NCBI GenBank assembly: GCA_963719515.1
Contig: CAVRCJ010000005.1
Span: forward strand, 32,001-96,000
DNA length: 64,000 bases
Source: an uncultured cyanobacterium
GTDB lineage: Bacteria > Cyanobacteriota > Cyanobacteriia > CAKZMO01
Direction of reading: 5' to 3'
Position numbers and translations under genes: made by a program. Below the pieces are notes generated by a model. The model saw nothing but the letters and a program-made list of their open reading frames with translations, was not told the origin of the DNA and searched no databases. Shown here piece by piece: positions 32,341 to 43,082 of the stretch. The first letter of the stretch is position 1, and each line of letters begins with the position of its first letter.

Positions 32341-33639
32341 TTGGTTAGTACACCCATTAAAACCACCAAATCAGAAGAAATTTTTGCGGCAGCTCAAACC
32401 CTAATGCCCGGCGGCGTCAACTCCCCCGTTCGCGCCTTTAAGTCCGTCGGCGGTCAGCCTATCGTCTTCGACCACGTCAAGGGGGCCCGCATTTGGGACG
32501 TGGACGGCAATGAATATATCGACTACGTCGGCACTTGGGGACCGGCCATCTGCGGCCACGCCCACCCCGAGGTGCTCGGCGCGCTGCGGGACGCCCTAGA
32601 AAAGGGCACCAGCTTCGGCGCGCCCTGCTACCTGGAAAACGTGCTGGCGGAAATGGTAATCGACGCCGTCCCCAGCGTTGAGATGGTGCGCTTCGTCAAC
32701 TCGGGCACCGAGGCCTGCATGGCGGTGCTGCGGCTGATGCGGGCTTTCACGGGCCGCAACAAAATCATCAAGTTCGAGGGCTGCTACCACGGCCACGCGG
32801 ATATGTTCTTGGTCAAGGCGGGCTCTGGCGTCGCCACCCTCGGGCTACCCGATTCTCCCGGCGTCCCCAAAAGCGTCACCAGCGACACCCTCACGGCCCC
32901 TTACAACGACCTAGAGGCGGTGAAGCGGCTGTTTGAAGCGAACCCCGATGCGATCGCCGGCCTGATTTTAGAGCCGGTGGTGGGCAACTCCGGCTTCATT
33001 CCCCCCCAGCCCGGCTTCCTAGAAGGACTGCGGGAGCTCACCCAGCAGTACGGCGCACTGCTCGTGTTTGACGAGGTGATGACCGGTTTCCGCATCGCCT
33101 ACGGCGGCGCTCAGGCCAAGTTTGGCGTCACCCCTGACCTGACTACTCTAGGCAAAGTGATCGGCGGCGGCCTGCCCGTGGGAGCCTACGGCGGACGGCG
33201 GGACATTATGGAAATGGTGGCTCCAGCCGGCCCCATGTACCAGGCGGGCACCCTATCGGGCAATCCTCTGGCCATGACCGCTGGCATCAAGACGCTGGAG
33301 CTGCTGCAGCGCCCCGGAGTCTACGAGCAGCTAGACCAGGTGACGAAGCGCCTTGCCGTTGGCATGCTGAATGTGGCTGAGGAGACGGGGCATGAGGCCT
33401 ACGGCGGCTCCATCAGCGCCATGTTCGGTTTCTTCTTCAATCCTGGCCCGGTCCACAACTACGATGACGCCTCACAGTCGGATATGGCGAAGTTTGGCCG
33501 CTTCCATCGCGGTATGCTGGAGCACGGCATTTATCTCGCCCCCTCGCAGTATGAGGCGGGCTTCACGTCGCTAGCTCATACCGATGAGCTAGTAGACCAG
33601 ACGCTGGCGGCGGCGCGTGAGGTGATGTCGGGTCTATAG
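32341..33639 (+). CDS. hemL: Glutamate-1-semialdehyde 2,1-aminomutase
   Basis: [27 protein letters not shown] and [14 protein letters not shown] start after GGAGAG. Confidence 0.97.
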   Translation: MVSTPIKTTKSEEIFAAAQTLMPGGVNSPVRAFKSVGGQPIVFDHVKGARIWDVDGNEYIDYVGTWGPAICGHAHPEVLGALRDALEKGTSFGAPCYLENVLAEMVIDAVPSVEMVRFVNSGTEACMAVLRLMRAFTGRNKIIKFEGCYHGHADMFLVKAGSGVATLGLPDSPGVPKSVTSDTLTAPYNDLEAVKRLFEANPDAIAGLILEPVVGNSGFIPPQPGFLEGLRELTQQYGALLVFDEVMTGFRIAYGGAQAKFGVTPDLTTLGKVIGGGLPVGAYGGRRDIMEMVAPAGPMYQAGTLSGNPLAMTAGIKTLELLQRPGVYEQLDQVTKRLAVGMLNVAEETGHEAYGGSISAMFGFFFNPGPVHNYDDASQSDMAKFGRFHRGMLEHGIYLAPSQYEAGFTSLAHTDELVDQTLAAAREVMSGL

Positions 33640-33874
33640 CTGCGGTAGCTGCGTATCTGGGCGCAAGGGCGTACGGCTGTACGCCCTTGCAAAAGAGATC
33701 AGCGCGAATAGCGATCGCCTCTCGGACATGAGACGCCGCCACGGTTAGCGCGATCGTCTTTTATGGACTTTGCGTCAGCGTGGGCTGAGGTATAAAAGTA
33801 CTGGTATACTACCGGCTATAAGCTCAGTCATTTTGACCTATTCACCTGTGAACGTCGCCAAAGCCGTCTCTACC

Positions 33875-34708
33875 ATGCCCCCCCGTCCCTTCATCAAGTG
33901 GGTGGGCGGCAAAACGCAGCTGCTTCCGGAGCTGGTCAAGCGAGTCCCCAAGACTATGGATCGCTACTACGAACCCTTTCTGGGCGGCGGGGCGCTGTTC
34001 TTTCGTCTCCAGCCTGAGCAAGCCATCCTGACGGACATCAATTCAGATCTCGTTTCGCTCTACCGGGTCATCCGCGACAGCGTAGAAGCGCTAATCGAGG
34101 ATATGGATCAGCATGTCTACGACAAAGACTACTTCTACAGGCTGCGCAGCGTCGATAGAACCTCCGCCTACAAAACCTGGACCGACGTGCAGCGGGCCAG
34201 CCGCCTAATTTACCTCAACAAAACCTGCTACAACGGGCTGTATCGCGTCAACTCAAAAGGGCAGTTCAACGTGCCGTTTGGCCGCTATACCAATCCCACA
34301 ATTCTCAACGCCGACAACCTGCGGGCCTGCAGCAGAGCGCTTCAGGGCACGGCGATCGCCCTCACCGACTTCCGCGCCGTTAGCGACGCGGCCCAACCCG
34401 GCGACTTTGTCTACTTCGACCCCCCCTACGCGCCGCTGAGCGCCACCGCAAACTTTACCGGCTACACCAAAGACGGCTTTGACCGCGACATGCAGTACGC
34501 CCTGCGGGACCTCTGCCGCGACTTGGACCGGGCGGGGGTACAATTTATGGTCTCTAACTCATCCGCGCCGCTGGTGCTCGACCTCTATGACGAGTTCACC
34601 GTTGATCTGGTCTACGCCACCCGGCTCATCAACAGCAAGGCGGGCGGGCGGGGGAAAATCCCAGAGGTGTTGGTCACCAATAGCGCCTCTGCTGCAGCGA
34701 ATCCATGA
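33875..34708 (+). CDS. Dam-family (D12 class, group alpha) N6-adenine DNA methyltransferase
   Basis: KWVGGK, EPFLGGG, NGLYRVN..G.FNVPFG and DPPY. Confidence 0.93.
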   Translation: MPPRPFIKWVGGKTQLLPELVKRVPKTMDRYYEPFLGGGALFFRLQPEQAILTDINSDLVSLYRVIRDSVEALIEDMDQHVYDKDYFYRLRSVDRTSAYKTWTDVQRASRLIYLNKTCYNGLYRVNSKGQFNVPFGRYTNPTILNADNLRACSRALQGTAIALTDFRAVSDAAQPGDFVYFDPPYAPLSATANFTGYTKDGFDRDMQYALRDLCRDLDRAGVQFMVSNSSAPLVLDLYDEFTVDLVYATRLINSKAGGRGKIPEVLVTNSASAAANP

Positions 34709-35233
34709 ATGGAAGCCGCAGGTAGCGGTAAAGGCATGATGGCATCAACTCAAGGCGGCGCGGCAAATCGGCAGGGGAAAATCCTTGAAAGCACGGTGAT
34801 CCCCACCTTTGCAGGTCGAGGCTTTGAGGTGGTGCGCTACAGCGCTTGGAGCAAAAAGCCGCGCAGCTACGGAACCGAGCTGCTGCTAAAAAACGTGCCC
34901 TACACCACCATCTATGGCCAAAAGGGATACACCGAGTTTCTCGTCAAATCTGAGCGGTTTGGCCTCAATACGCGCATTGAGTGCAAGTGGCAGCAGTCTA
35001 GCGGGTCCGTGGACGAAAAGCTGCCCTACCTCTACCTCAACTGCATTGAAGCCATGCCAGAGCGAGACATCATTGTCATCGCCGGCGGGGGCGGCATGAA
35101 GCCGGGGGCGATTCCCTGGCTGAGGACAGCCGTTGCACAGGAAAAATATTTGGCGATTGGGGCCCCCAAAAAGCGAATTCAGATCTTTTCACTAGAAGAA
35201 TTCCTGGCGTGGGCCAATAGAACTCTGCGGTGA
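34709..35233 (+). CDS. PD-(D/E)XK-superfamily nuclease, putative restriction endonuclease partner
   Basis: GKILE helix, YTEFLV and IECKWQQSSGSVDEKLPY; abuts the methyltransferase stop codon. Confidence 0.75.
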   Translation: MEAAGSGKGMMASTQGGAANRQGKILESTVIPTFAGRGFEVVRYSAWSKKPRSYGTELLLKNVPYTTIYGQKGYTEFLVKSERFGLNTRIECKWQQSSGSVDEKLPYLYLNCIEAMPERDIIVIAGGGGMKPGAIPWLRTAVAQEKYLAIGAPKKRIQIFSLEEFLAWANRTLR

Positions 35234-35237
35234 GGGT

Positions 35238-36653
35238 TCAGGAAAGCCCAATCGCCTTTTTAAGAAAGCCCAGCTTACTCACCGGAAAGGGCAGCTTGAA
35301 CTTATTGGCATAGGGGGCGTATCGCCAACCCAAGTCTAACCATAGAGGCTTTTTGAGCACGCTCTTCCGGTGGGAGAACGTCTCGAAGCTGGCTTTACCG
35401 TGATACGCCCCGATGCCGCTGCGGCCTACCCCACCAAAGGGCAGTCCCCAAATTGCCACCTGCAAAAAGACGTCGTTGAGGCAGACGCTGCCGGACGACG
35501 TTGAGGAGAGGACGGTGTTTTGAAGCGCCTCATCGGTTGTAAACAAATAGAGCGCCAGGGGCTTAGAGCGAGCATTGATTTGGGCGATCGCCTCCTCAAT
35601 CTTTTCGTAGGTGAGCACCGGCAGCAGAGGGCCAAAGATCTCTTCCTGCATCACCGGGGCATCCCAGCCGACGTTGTCTAGAATCGTCGGGGCAATGTAG
35701 CGATCGCCGCTGTCGGTCTGTCCGCCAACAGCGACCTCCTCCCCCTCCAAAAGCTGCACCAGTCGGTCAAACTGCCGCTGGTTGACGATGCGGCCCAGGT
35801 CGGGGCTTTGAGCCGGGTCGCTGCCAAAAAATTCCTCCATTGCCTGTCGCATCTCCTTCAGCAGCGCAGGCTTCACCGCCGCCTGCACCAGCACATAGTC
35901 TGGGGCAACGCAGGTTTGCCCCATATTGACGAATTTTCCCCAAATAATGCGCCGCGCCGCCACCCTCAGATCGGCGTCCCCGTGAACGAGGCAGGGACTC
36001 TTGCCGCCCAGCTCCAGGGTGACCGGCGTCAGGTGCTGGGCGGCAGCCGCCATGACAATTTGGCCGACGCGATCGCCGCCGGTAAAAAAGATGTGGTCAA
36101 ACTTCTGCGCGAGGAGTGCCTGCGAGGTCTCGACACCCCCCTCGATGACGGCTACGTAGCGAGGATCGAAGGTGGCCTTGACGAGATCGGCCACCACCCG
36201 AGAGGTCGCCGGGGCGTGCTCCGACGGCTTGAGAATAGCGCAGTTGCCCGCCGCGATCGCCCCCATCAGCGGCGACAGCAGCAGCTGAAACGGGTAGTTC
36301 CACGGTCCGATAATCAGCACCACGCCCAGCGGTTCGGGCTGCACCCAAGCGCTCCCCGGCAGCTGGGTGAGCGGCAGCGCCATCCGCCGGGGTTTGCCCC
36401 AAGACCGCAGGCGCTTGAGGATGTAGTCTAGCTCCCCCATCACCCCCAGCTCAAAGTAGCCCTCGTAGTCGGATCGCCCTAAATCAGCCTTGACCGCCGC
36501 TACGATGTCGGCCTGACGGCCAAGAACGGCGGCTTTGAGGCGGTTCAGCTGCTGCACACGAAACTCGATAGGCTTGGTCGATCCCGTGGCGAAGAAGTCG
36601 CGTTGGGCCTTGAGAACTTCAGCGGGAGCTTGAACTGTGGAGAGTGCTGTCAT
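35238..36653 (-). CDS. Aldehyde dehydrogenase (ALDH3-like)
   Basis: IGPWNYP, FTGG, LELGGKSP, GQTCVAPDY, EEIFGP and PFGGVGRSG. Confidence 0.95.
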   Translation of the reverse strand: MTALSTVQAPAEVLKAQRDFFATGSTKPIEFRVQQLNRLKAAVLGRQADIVAAVKADLGRSDYEGYFELGVMGELDYILKRLRSWGKPRRMALPLTQLPGSAWVQPEPLGVVLIIGPWNYPFQLLLSPLMGAIAAGNCAILKPSEHAPATSRVVADLVKATFDPRYVAVIEGGVETSQALLAQKFDHIFFTGGDRVGQIVMAAAAQHLTPVTLELGGKSPCLVHGDADLRVAARRIIWGKFVNMGQTCVAPDYVLVQAAVKPALLKEMRQAMEEFFGSDPAQSPDLGRIVNQRQFDRLVQLLEGEEVAVGGQTDSGDRYIAPTILDNVGWDAPVMQEEIFGPLLPVLTYEKIEEAIAQINARSKPLALYLFTTDEALQNTVLSSTSSGSVCLNDVFLQVAIWGLPFGGVGRSGIGAYHGKASFETFSHRKSVLKKPLWLDLGWRYAPYANKFKLPFPVSKLGFLKKAIGLS

Positions 36654-36774
36654 AAACCGGTGGCGTAGAGGCTCTCCTGATTCTATCGAAGGTTTAAATA
36701 GACTGAGGCTCAATGAGAAAGCTGAGAGGCCTGCGGGAGCTACACCGGCAGAGCATAGTGATAGAATTCCTCGT

Positions 36775-36897
36775 CTTTGCACTCAAAAAACTTCGAGCGC
36801 CGATGGGGTCTGAAGGCTGCTGGTAGAACACCCGATAGCGATCGAACAGCGGGGTGAGGGCGCTGAGGTGGGAGAGAGTGGCTCGGATGACGTTCAT
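36775..36897 (-). pseudogene. N-terminal fragment of a GNAT acetyltransferase
   Basis: MNVIRATLSHLSALTPLFDRYRVFYQQPSDPIGARSFL resembles GNAT N-termini; similarity is lost before any acetyl-CoA motif. Confidence 0.6.
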
Positions 36898-36922
36898 TGA
36901 TATAGGGTAGGTCGGTTGAAAG

Positions 36923-37798
36923 TCAGGCGACTTCCAGGAACTGGAGCACGGCGATCGCAAACTCCTCAGGCGCATCCTGCTGCACCCAGTGAGAGGCGTT
37001 GGGAATAGGCTGAAATACTGCACCCGGAATCTCGCTGGCGAGCTGCTGGCCGTCTTCTGATTTTTGCCAAGGGTCGTCCATGCCCCACAGCACCAGCGTG
37101 GGGGCCAATATCGTTTCGTGGCGATCGACTAAGGCCATAGTCTGGTTCGCGTTGAGGGCGGAAGCGTTGCGCAGCAGGCTGAGCTTGCCTTCTTCGCTGG
37201 CCCAGGGGGCAATGATGCCCGCTCGAAATTCGGGGGTGAGGCGCTCGGGGCGGGAAAGTCCGGCGGCGAGGCTCTCTTCTAGGGCCTGGACAAGGTCGGA
37301 GACGGGGCGCGGCTGCCAGCGTAGGGGATGGCCGAAGTCGAGCATGTCGTCGTCGAAGCGATCGTAGCAGACGGCATTAGTGATGATTAGGCGGCGCAGA
37401 AGGTAGGGATGCTCAATGGCGAGGATGAGGGCGACGGCTCCGCCCGTGTCGTGGCCGACCAGGTCGACCTGGTCAATTTTGAGGGCTGCGAGCAGGGCCA
37501 CAATCATCCGGGCCTGGACCTGAAAGGAGCGGTCGAAGCGATCGCGGCGATCGGACCAGCCGTGGCCCAGGAAGTCGGGGGCAATAACGCGGTACCCGGC
37601 AGCGGTGAGCCGGGGAATGACGGCATGATACAGGTATCCCCAGGTGGGAATGCCGTGCATAAGGAGAAGGGTGCCCTTTTGGGGCGTGCCGGCGTCGATG
37701 TAGCGGATGGTGACGGGGATGTGAGCGGCGGTGTGGGGCCGCAGGGTGATTTGCTGCTGGGCGGCTTTGAAGGCGTCGCCGGTTTTCCACTGGGCCAT
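36923..37798 (-). CDS. Alpha/beta hydrolase (haloalkane dehalogenase / epoxide hydrolase-like)
   Basis: HGIPTW, PDFLGHGWSD, GHDTGG (Asp nucleophile) and ASHWVQQDAP. Confidence 0.9.
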   Translation of the reverse strand: MAQWKTGDAFKAAQQQITLRPHTAAHIPVTIRYIDAGTPQKGTLLLMHGIPTWGYLYHAVIPRLTAAGYRVIAPDFLGHGWSDRRDRFDRSFQVQARMIVALLAALKIDQVDLVGHDTGGAVALILAIEHPYLLRRLIITNAVCYDRFDDDMLDFGHPLRWQPRPVSDLVQALEESLAAGLSRPERLTPEFRAGIIAPWASEEGKLSLLRNASALNANQTMALVDRHETILAPTLVLWGMDDPWQKSEDGQQLASEIPGAVFQPIPNASHWVQQDAPEEFAIAVLQFLEVA

Positions 37799-37802
37799 GG
37801 TT

Positions 37803-38930
37803 TTATCGTTCTGTTTGCGGTCCATTCTCAACGGCTTTAATCCGCCGCATCAGCGCCGGTCGGCTGCTGTAGTCAGCCTTAAGGCGCTCTAGCCGGCGCA
37901 CGAACTCGGGCAACCTTTCCTGGTGCTTAGCCAGATCGCGCAAATCCTTCAGCAGGTCTGCCGCCTCGTCGTAATAGCGGCTCTGCTTATAGCCGATCAG
38001 CTGGACTACCCGCTCCCAGGTCTGAGACGCTTTGGGTGCCAAAGCGTCCAACTCGTTAATTCGCTGCACTTTGGCGGCCTCCTGTTCCCGCTTCTCCCGC
38101 AACGCTGCCGCGTCATTCGTGACGGCGGCCAGCTCGTTCAGCCTGCGCTGCCCTGGAGTCTGTGGTGTTGACTCGCTGACGCCAGCCAGCTCCTTCAGGC
38201 GATTGATCAGCTGCAGGTCAACATGGGGCTCTCGTCGCACCAGTTTGAGCAAGAATTCCTGCTGTTCGGCTTTGGAGAGCTTAGACAGCAGCTTTTCGAG
38301 CGGCGGCTCTGGGGCAGCTTTTTGAGACGGGCTGGCCTGGGCGGCAGCGGTGACTAAATCTGTATCTAGCTCCACCAGTTCAACAAAGGCTTGCTGAGCG
38401 TCCGAAAGCTGGCCTAAATTGGGCGGCACCGGGGGCTCAAGCGGATTCTCCTCCAAACCGTATTCAACGTGGTTGGGCGCTGCCCGCAGCCAAGCCAGGT
38501 ATAGCAGCCGCAGATCCCCGCTCAGCAGCTCGTCGCGCAGGGGCAACAGGCGGGACAGCCAGCCTTCGCCATCGGCCCAACCGCCACCTTCGTCAGAGAT
38601 GGTGATGTCTAGAACAAGATACTCAGGCGTCTTGGTGACGTCGATCGCACTGTCAATCTCATAGGGCCGGAACCCATCGACGTTAGCGATCGCCTTGGGG
38701 AAGCGAAACATGACCCGCCAGGTCCCCCAGTTGGCGATGTAGAACATCATGTCGAAGTACTGAGTCAATACCGCTTCGGGATCGCCCCGAAAGTCGCCAT
38801 AGTTGTAGAGGAAGATGGCCTGGGTCGGTGAGACCTGCCCCCGGCTTGACAGTTTCGAGATCTCGGCCTGCTCCTGAGTCGTGAGCGGGCGGTCAATGGC
38901 CTGAAACTCATAGTATTGATACTCGCTCAT
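37803..38930 (-). CDS. Conserved hypothetical protein (MSEYQYYEFxAIDRPL family)
   Basis: Long ORF with recognisable N-terminus and GDLRLLYLAWL motif; function unknown. Confidence 0.8.
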   Translation of the reverse strand: MSEYQYYEFQAIDRPLTTQEQAEISKLSSRGQVSPTQAIFLYNYGDFRGDPEAVLTQYFDMMFYIANWGTWRVMFRFPKAIANVDGFRPYEIDSAIDVTKTPEYLVLDITISDEGGGWADGEGWLSRLLPLRDELLSGDLRLLYLAWLRAAPNHVEYGLEENPLEPPVPPNLGQLSDAQQAFVELVELDTDLVTAAAQASPSQKAAPEPPLEKLLSKLSKAEQQEFLLKLVRREPHVDLQLINRLKELAGVSESTPQTPGQRRLNELAAVTNDAAALREKREQEAAKVQRINELDALAPKASQTWERVVQLIGYKQSRYYDEAADLLKDLRDLAKHQERLPEFVRRLERLKADYSSRPALMRRIKAVENGPQTER

Positions 38931-39312
38931 AACGACTTCCCTGCTCATCGAGCTAAGCGACAGCGATCTCTTCTAATGCAGCTTGCTTACAGTGATGGTA
39001 GCTTCCTTGTACCGCTGCATCACCGCCACTGCATTAGCTGAAACTTAAGAAGAGAGAACCAGTTTATCCCATTCACGCCTGTGGCGCTAGCGCTTACAAT
39101 GTGGTGACAGACTGAGCTACAGTCTTCTCTCTCGCTCTGTTATGGGTGAGTACCAGGAGGCAGTGCGGAGGATACAGAAATACTGCTTGTGATAGACCTA
39201 TATCAGGGCTAGCCCTTAGCGTCTAGCGCTTTTGGCTGCCAACCCAGAGATACCCCGAAGCTTTCGCCTTCGCGTGATCTCGCCACTCTAAAGATAAACC
39301 CAACGTCGCGCT

Positions 39313-40431
39313 ATGAGAAACATATTGACCCTGCTTCAGTATGCTGACGCGCAGTGGACTGTACAGCTCAATCTGGCAACTGTTGCCACCGTTTTCGGGG
39401 GCCTGCTGGCGGCGATCGCCCTATACTGGTTTCCCAGGATAATTGGTACCCTCACGTCAAAGCTCTCGCCTCTCAAGTCCAGTCCACTCTACGACAAAGT
39501 TTTTCTCCCTTTCAACAACTGGATTGGGCTGACTCTGCTCATCACCGCTGCAGACGTTGTTCTTCTGTTTTTTCAATCGCGATCGCTGCAGCTTGACGTG
39601 GCTGAGTTCACAGTTGGGCTGGCGCTGGCCGTCAATGTGGTTTTGCTAGGCTTCAAGATTTCTACTCAGTTTTTCGACGGCTACCTCCTGGAGAAAACCA
39701 TTCAGGGCAGCGGTAAAGCCAATAGTGAACTGCTGCTGCTCTATAAATACTTATCGAATGCGGCCCTGCTGCTGGTCATTGTCTTCATTTTTGCCCAAGC
39801 GCATCGGGTCAACGTCGTGGGTCTGTTGGCTAGCCTAGGCGTAGGCGGAATTGCTATTGCCCTCGCCGCGCAAAAGATTCTGGAGCAGGTGCTGTGGAGC
39901 ACGATGATTTTCCTCGATCGCCCCTTCGTGATTGACGACTATATCCACCTCGCCGACGGAACCTTTGGCCGGGTCGAGTCGATTGGCTGGCGCTCCACCC
40001 GAATCCGGCTGTCGGGAAAAGGGACGCTGGTGGTCATTCCCAACAGCATGCTGACCCAAATGGCGATTGAAAACCTGACGGGGGCGCAGAAAATTATTTC
40101 TTTGATCAACGTCACCTTCTATCGGTTTATCCCCGACGAGGAGCGGGCGCTGGTGCGGCAGCTGATTCTCTCTAGCACTAGCGATATCTACGGCATTGAC
40201 CATCGTTTAACGGAGGTTACCTTTCAGGACATTGCCAACGGCAAGAAGCCGAGTACGGTTCAGGCGCAAATCCGCTTCTTTATCTTGGGAACGGGTGAGA
40301 ACTCAATGGAAATCAGAGGACAGTTTCTGGAGGCGGCCCGCAAGATTGTTATGAAGCAGCTGAGAGACTATGGCATCGAGTTCAAAATTGAGGAAGGAAC
40401 CGTTAACATTACCTCGCCGATGAATATTTAG
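39313..40431 (+). CDS. mscS: MscS-family mechanosensitive channel (1 of 3)
   Basis: LGVGGIAIALAAQ, DRPFVIDDYI, GRVESIGWRST and VIPNS. Confidence 0.9.
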   Translation: MRNILTLLQYADAQWTVQLNLATVATVFGGLLAAIALYWFPRIIGTLTSKLSPLKSSPLYDKVFLPFNNWIGLTLLITAADVVLLFFQSRSLQLDVAEFTVGLALAVNVVLLGFKISTQFFDGYLLEKTIQGSGKANSELLLLYKYLSNAALLLVIVFIFAQAHRVNVVGLLASLGVGGIAIALAAQKILEQVLWSTMIFLDRPFVIDDYIHLADGTFGRVESIGWRSTRIRLSGKGTLVVIPNSMLTQMAIENLTGAQKIISLINVTFYRFIPDEERALVRQLILSSTSDIYGIDHRLTEVTFQDIANGKKPSTVQAQIRFFILGTGENSMEIRGQFLEAARKIVMKQLRDYGIEFKIEEGTVNITSPMNI

Positions 40432-40468
40432 TCAGAGCTTCGGTTTAAGTTTGCGCGATAGGTCCTGA

Positions 40469-41632
40469 TTGAGTAGAAAGCTTTTAATGAACATGAGGCC
40501 GGACTTTTTAACCCGTTTCAGCTTTCAGATAGACGAGACCATGAAGCGATCGCTGACCTTCTTTGCGATTCGCCTGGGAATAGTTGTTGCTTGCGTTTTC
40601 GTTGCGATCGCGGTGGGACGATGTGTTCCCTGGCTGATTCGAACGATTCTCGGCAAAATGTCGGGCTCTCAAAAGCGGTCTCAAGAGTACGCTGCGATTG
40701 TCGATGCGGTAGAAAGGCCGCTTTCAATTGCCGTTACGCTGATCTTGATTTCGGTCAGCCTCAACATCATCAGAACCTACAGCGGTCTTCATTCGGTGAC
40801 CTCGTTTATTGTCGATGCAGCCATGACCCTGAGTGTAGCCTGGACCGCCTCGCGCGCCGTCAAAATGCTGATTCGGCTCTATGGCGTGAGCATGCTGGGC
40901 CGCATCAGCGATGAGGTCAACGACATTGTCTTGGTTATTGAGAACATCGCCAATTTTCTGATTGGGTTCTTTGCCATCACCATCTTTGCGCAAACGCGAA
41001 ACTTCAATTTCTTGGCGCTGCTGACGGGGCTAGGGATTGGCGCGGCAGGGATTGCGTTTGCGGCGCAAGAGGCCTTGGGGCAGCTGATCGGCACCATCGT
41101 CATCTACCTCGACCGGCCCTACATCGTCGGGGAATATATTCGGGCAAACTTCAATATCCACGCCGAAGACGTTTACGGGCGGATTGAGTCCATCGGCATT
41201 CGCTCCACCAAGATACGCATCGCCGTGAGCAACACGCTTTTAATCGTGCCGAACTCGGTGATGTCCAGCATGGATATTGAGAATATCTCCCGAGGGACGA
41301 AGGTAATGGTGTTGCTTTACATCGACTTCTCAAAACGGCTGGAAAATACGGCAGAAGCGCTAGTGTCTCAGACCATCGGAAGGAGTTTTGACGGCATCTT
41401 CGGCATTGACCCGGGCAGCACGAGGATTCACCTTTTTAACCCGGAGGATAAGGCGGGAACGCGGGCGAGGGTGAGCTTTTTTGTGATGGGGACAAACGAA
41501 TCATCCATCAGCCTGCGTAAGCGGATGCTGGAGATAGCCAGTCAGTCTTTAAAAAAGGAGCTGACCGGCTATCAGTTTGATTTTTCTATGCAAGAGCCCA
41601 CGGTTTACGTCGATTCCCCGGTGACGCTGTAA
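40469..41632 (+). CDS. mscS: MscS-family mechanosensitive channel (2 of 3)
   Basis: GLGIGAAGIAFAAQ, DRPYIVGEYI, GRIESIGIRSTK and VPNS. Confidence 0.9.
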   Translation: MSRKLLMNMRPDFLTRFSFQIDETMKRSLTFFAIRLGIVVACVFVAIAVGRCVPWLIRTILGKMSGSQKRSQEYAAIVDAVERPLSIAVTLILISVSLNIIRTYSGLHSVTSFIVDAAMTLSVAWTASRAVKMLIRLYGVSMLGRISDEVNDIVLVIENIANFLIGFFAITIFAQTRNFNFLALLTGLGIGAAGIAFAAQEALGQLIGTIVIYLDRPYIVGEYIRANFNIHAEDVYGRIESIGIRSTKIRIAVSNTLLIVPNSVMSSMDIENISRGTKVMVLLYIDFSKRLENTAEALVSQTIGRSFDGIFGIDPGSTRIHLFNPEDKAGTRARVSFFVMGTNESSISLRKRMLEIASQSLKKELTGYQFDFSMQEPTVYVDSPVTL

Positions 41633-41714
41633 CCCACAACCGACCCCGCGATAGGCGAGGCGATCGCGCTAACCCGCCCCTAATGCTTCAAATTCACTCT
41701 ACTTAACTAAAGCG

Positions 41715-42854
41715 GTGATGGACGTCCAGGACATTATTGAAGAGCTGATTCCAATCGACGCTGAGTTTCAACAACAGCTGATTGCGTTTGGAATACAGGC
41801 AGGAATTTTCATCGCTGTGCTTGCTGCAGCCTGGATTTTAGTCCGCTTTATCCCCAACATTCTTAGCTTCATTGTCAGGCGGTTTACGCCGAAGGCCTTT
41901 TCTAGGGGATACGAGAAGGTTATCAGCCCGATTCGGCAAGCACTAGTAAGGGTGGGGTTCTTTGGCTCTGCCGCCCTGGCCTTAGCCCTGCTGCAGGACT
42001 ACGCGGGGCTGTACGGTGTGCTCAATTTCTTTGTCTACCTAGCATTTTCAGCCTCTTTGGGCTGGTTTGCCTCCCGGTTAATCCGGCAGGCTCTTCGCGC
42101 CTACGGTACAGTTCTCGTTCGGCGACTGAGCCAAGACGTAGACGATCTGGTGATGGTGGTCGAAAATTTAGCTAACGCCGTCATCGTGTTCTTTACGGTG
42201 GTCTATTTTGCCCAGACCCAAAACCTCAACTTGATCAGCATCCTTGCGGGCCTTGGCATTGTGGGGCTGGCCCTCTCCTTCGCCGCTAAGGAGACGTTCG
42301 CCCAAATTATCGGCTCCATCGTTCTCTATCTCGATCGCCCCTACGTGCCTGGAGAATACGTCCGCGTCAGCTTCAACCCTAAAGATGAGGACGTCTACGG
42401 TCGCATTGAGGCTATTGGGCTACGCTCTACAAAAATTCGGGTGGCGGCAAAAAATACGCTGGTAATTGCGCCCAACTCGGTGATGGTCAAGAAGGATATC
42501 GAGAATATTTCTCGAGGGACGAAGGTTATGTCCCTGCTCTATCTCGACTTTCCTAAGCCCCTCCCCGACGGCGATCGCGCCCTGGTCAAAGACATCGTGG
42601 GCAACGCCATTGGGGAGCTGCTGGGGGTCGAGCCGCTAAGCGTCAGAATTTTCTTGTTCGAGCCCGACGATAGGCCTGGCACTCGCGCTCGGGTGAGCTT
42701 CTTCCTGCTGAGCTCTGGCCAAGGGTCTCTTGGGATTCGCAAGCGCCTCGTTGAGGTCGCAAATGAGAAGATTACGGCCTCTTTTGCTGCGCACAATTTG
42801 GAGTTTACGATGCAGGAGCCGATGCTCTACGTTGACTCTCCTATCACCCGATAA
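41715..42854 (+). CDS. mscS: MscS-family mechanosensitive channel (3 of 3)
   Basis: GLGIVGLALSFAAK, DRPYVPGEY, GRIEAIGLRSTK and APNS. Confidence 0.9.
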   Translation: MMDVQDIIEELIPIDAEFQQQLIAFGIQAGIFIAVLAAAWILVRFIPNILSFIVRRFTPKAFSRGYEKVISPIRQALVRVGFFGSAALALALLQDYAGLYGVLNFFVYLAFSASLGWFASRLIRQALRAYGTVLVRRLSQDVDDLVMVVENLANAVIVFFTVVYFAQTQNLNLISILAGLGIVGLALSFAAKETFAQIIGSIVLYLDRPYVPGEYVRVSFNPKDEDVYGRIEAIGLRSTKIRVAAKNTLVIAPNSVMVKKDIENISRGTKVMSLLYLDFPKPLPDGDRALVKDIVGNAIGELLGVEPLSVRIFLFEPDDRPGTRARVSFFLLSSGQGSLGIRKRLVEVANEKITASFAAHNLEFTMQEPMLYVDSPITR

Positions 42855-42860
42855 TTACTT

Positions 42861-43082
42861 CTATACAGCTTCGTGGGTCAGAGAAAGCTCGTCTTCCTCT
42901 CGCACAAGCCGTCGCTCAATACTTTTCCGAAACCGGAACACTCCTGCGATGGGCCATATCGCTGCTGCCGTGACTAGGACAAACCAGCTATCGATGTCGG
43001 TCATGGGGGTCGAAGAGTCCTGACAAAAATCTCGCAAGAGGAGAACAAACATCAGGGCAGAAGGCAGGCCGTAAAAAAACAT
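42861..43082 (-). CDS. Small two-TM cyanobacterial membrane protein
   Basis: DSSTPMTDIDSWFVLVTAAAIWP pattern flanked by hydrophobic helices. Confidence 0.55.
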   Translation of the reverse strand: MFFYGLPSALMFVLLLRDFCQDSSTPMTDIDSWFVLVTAAAIWPIAGVFRFRKSIERRLVREEDELSLTHEAV

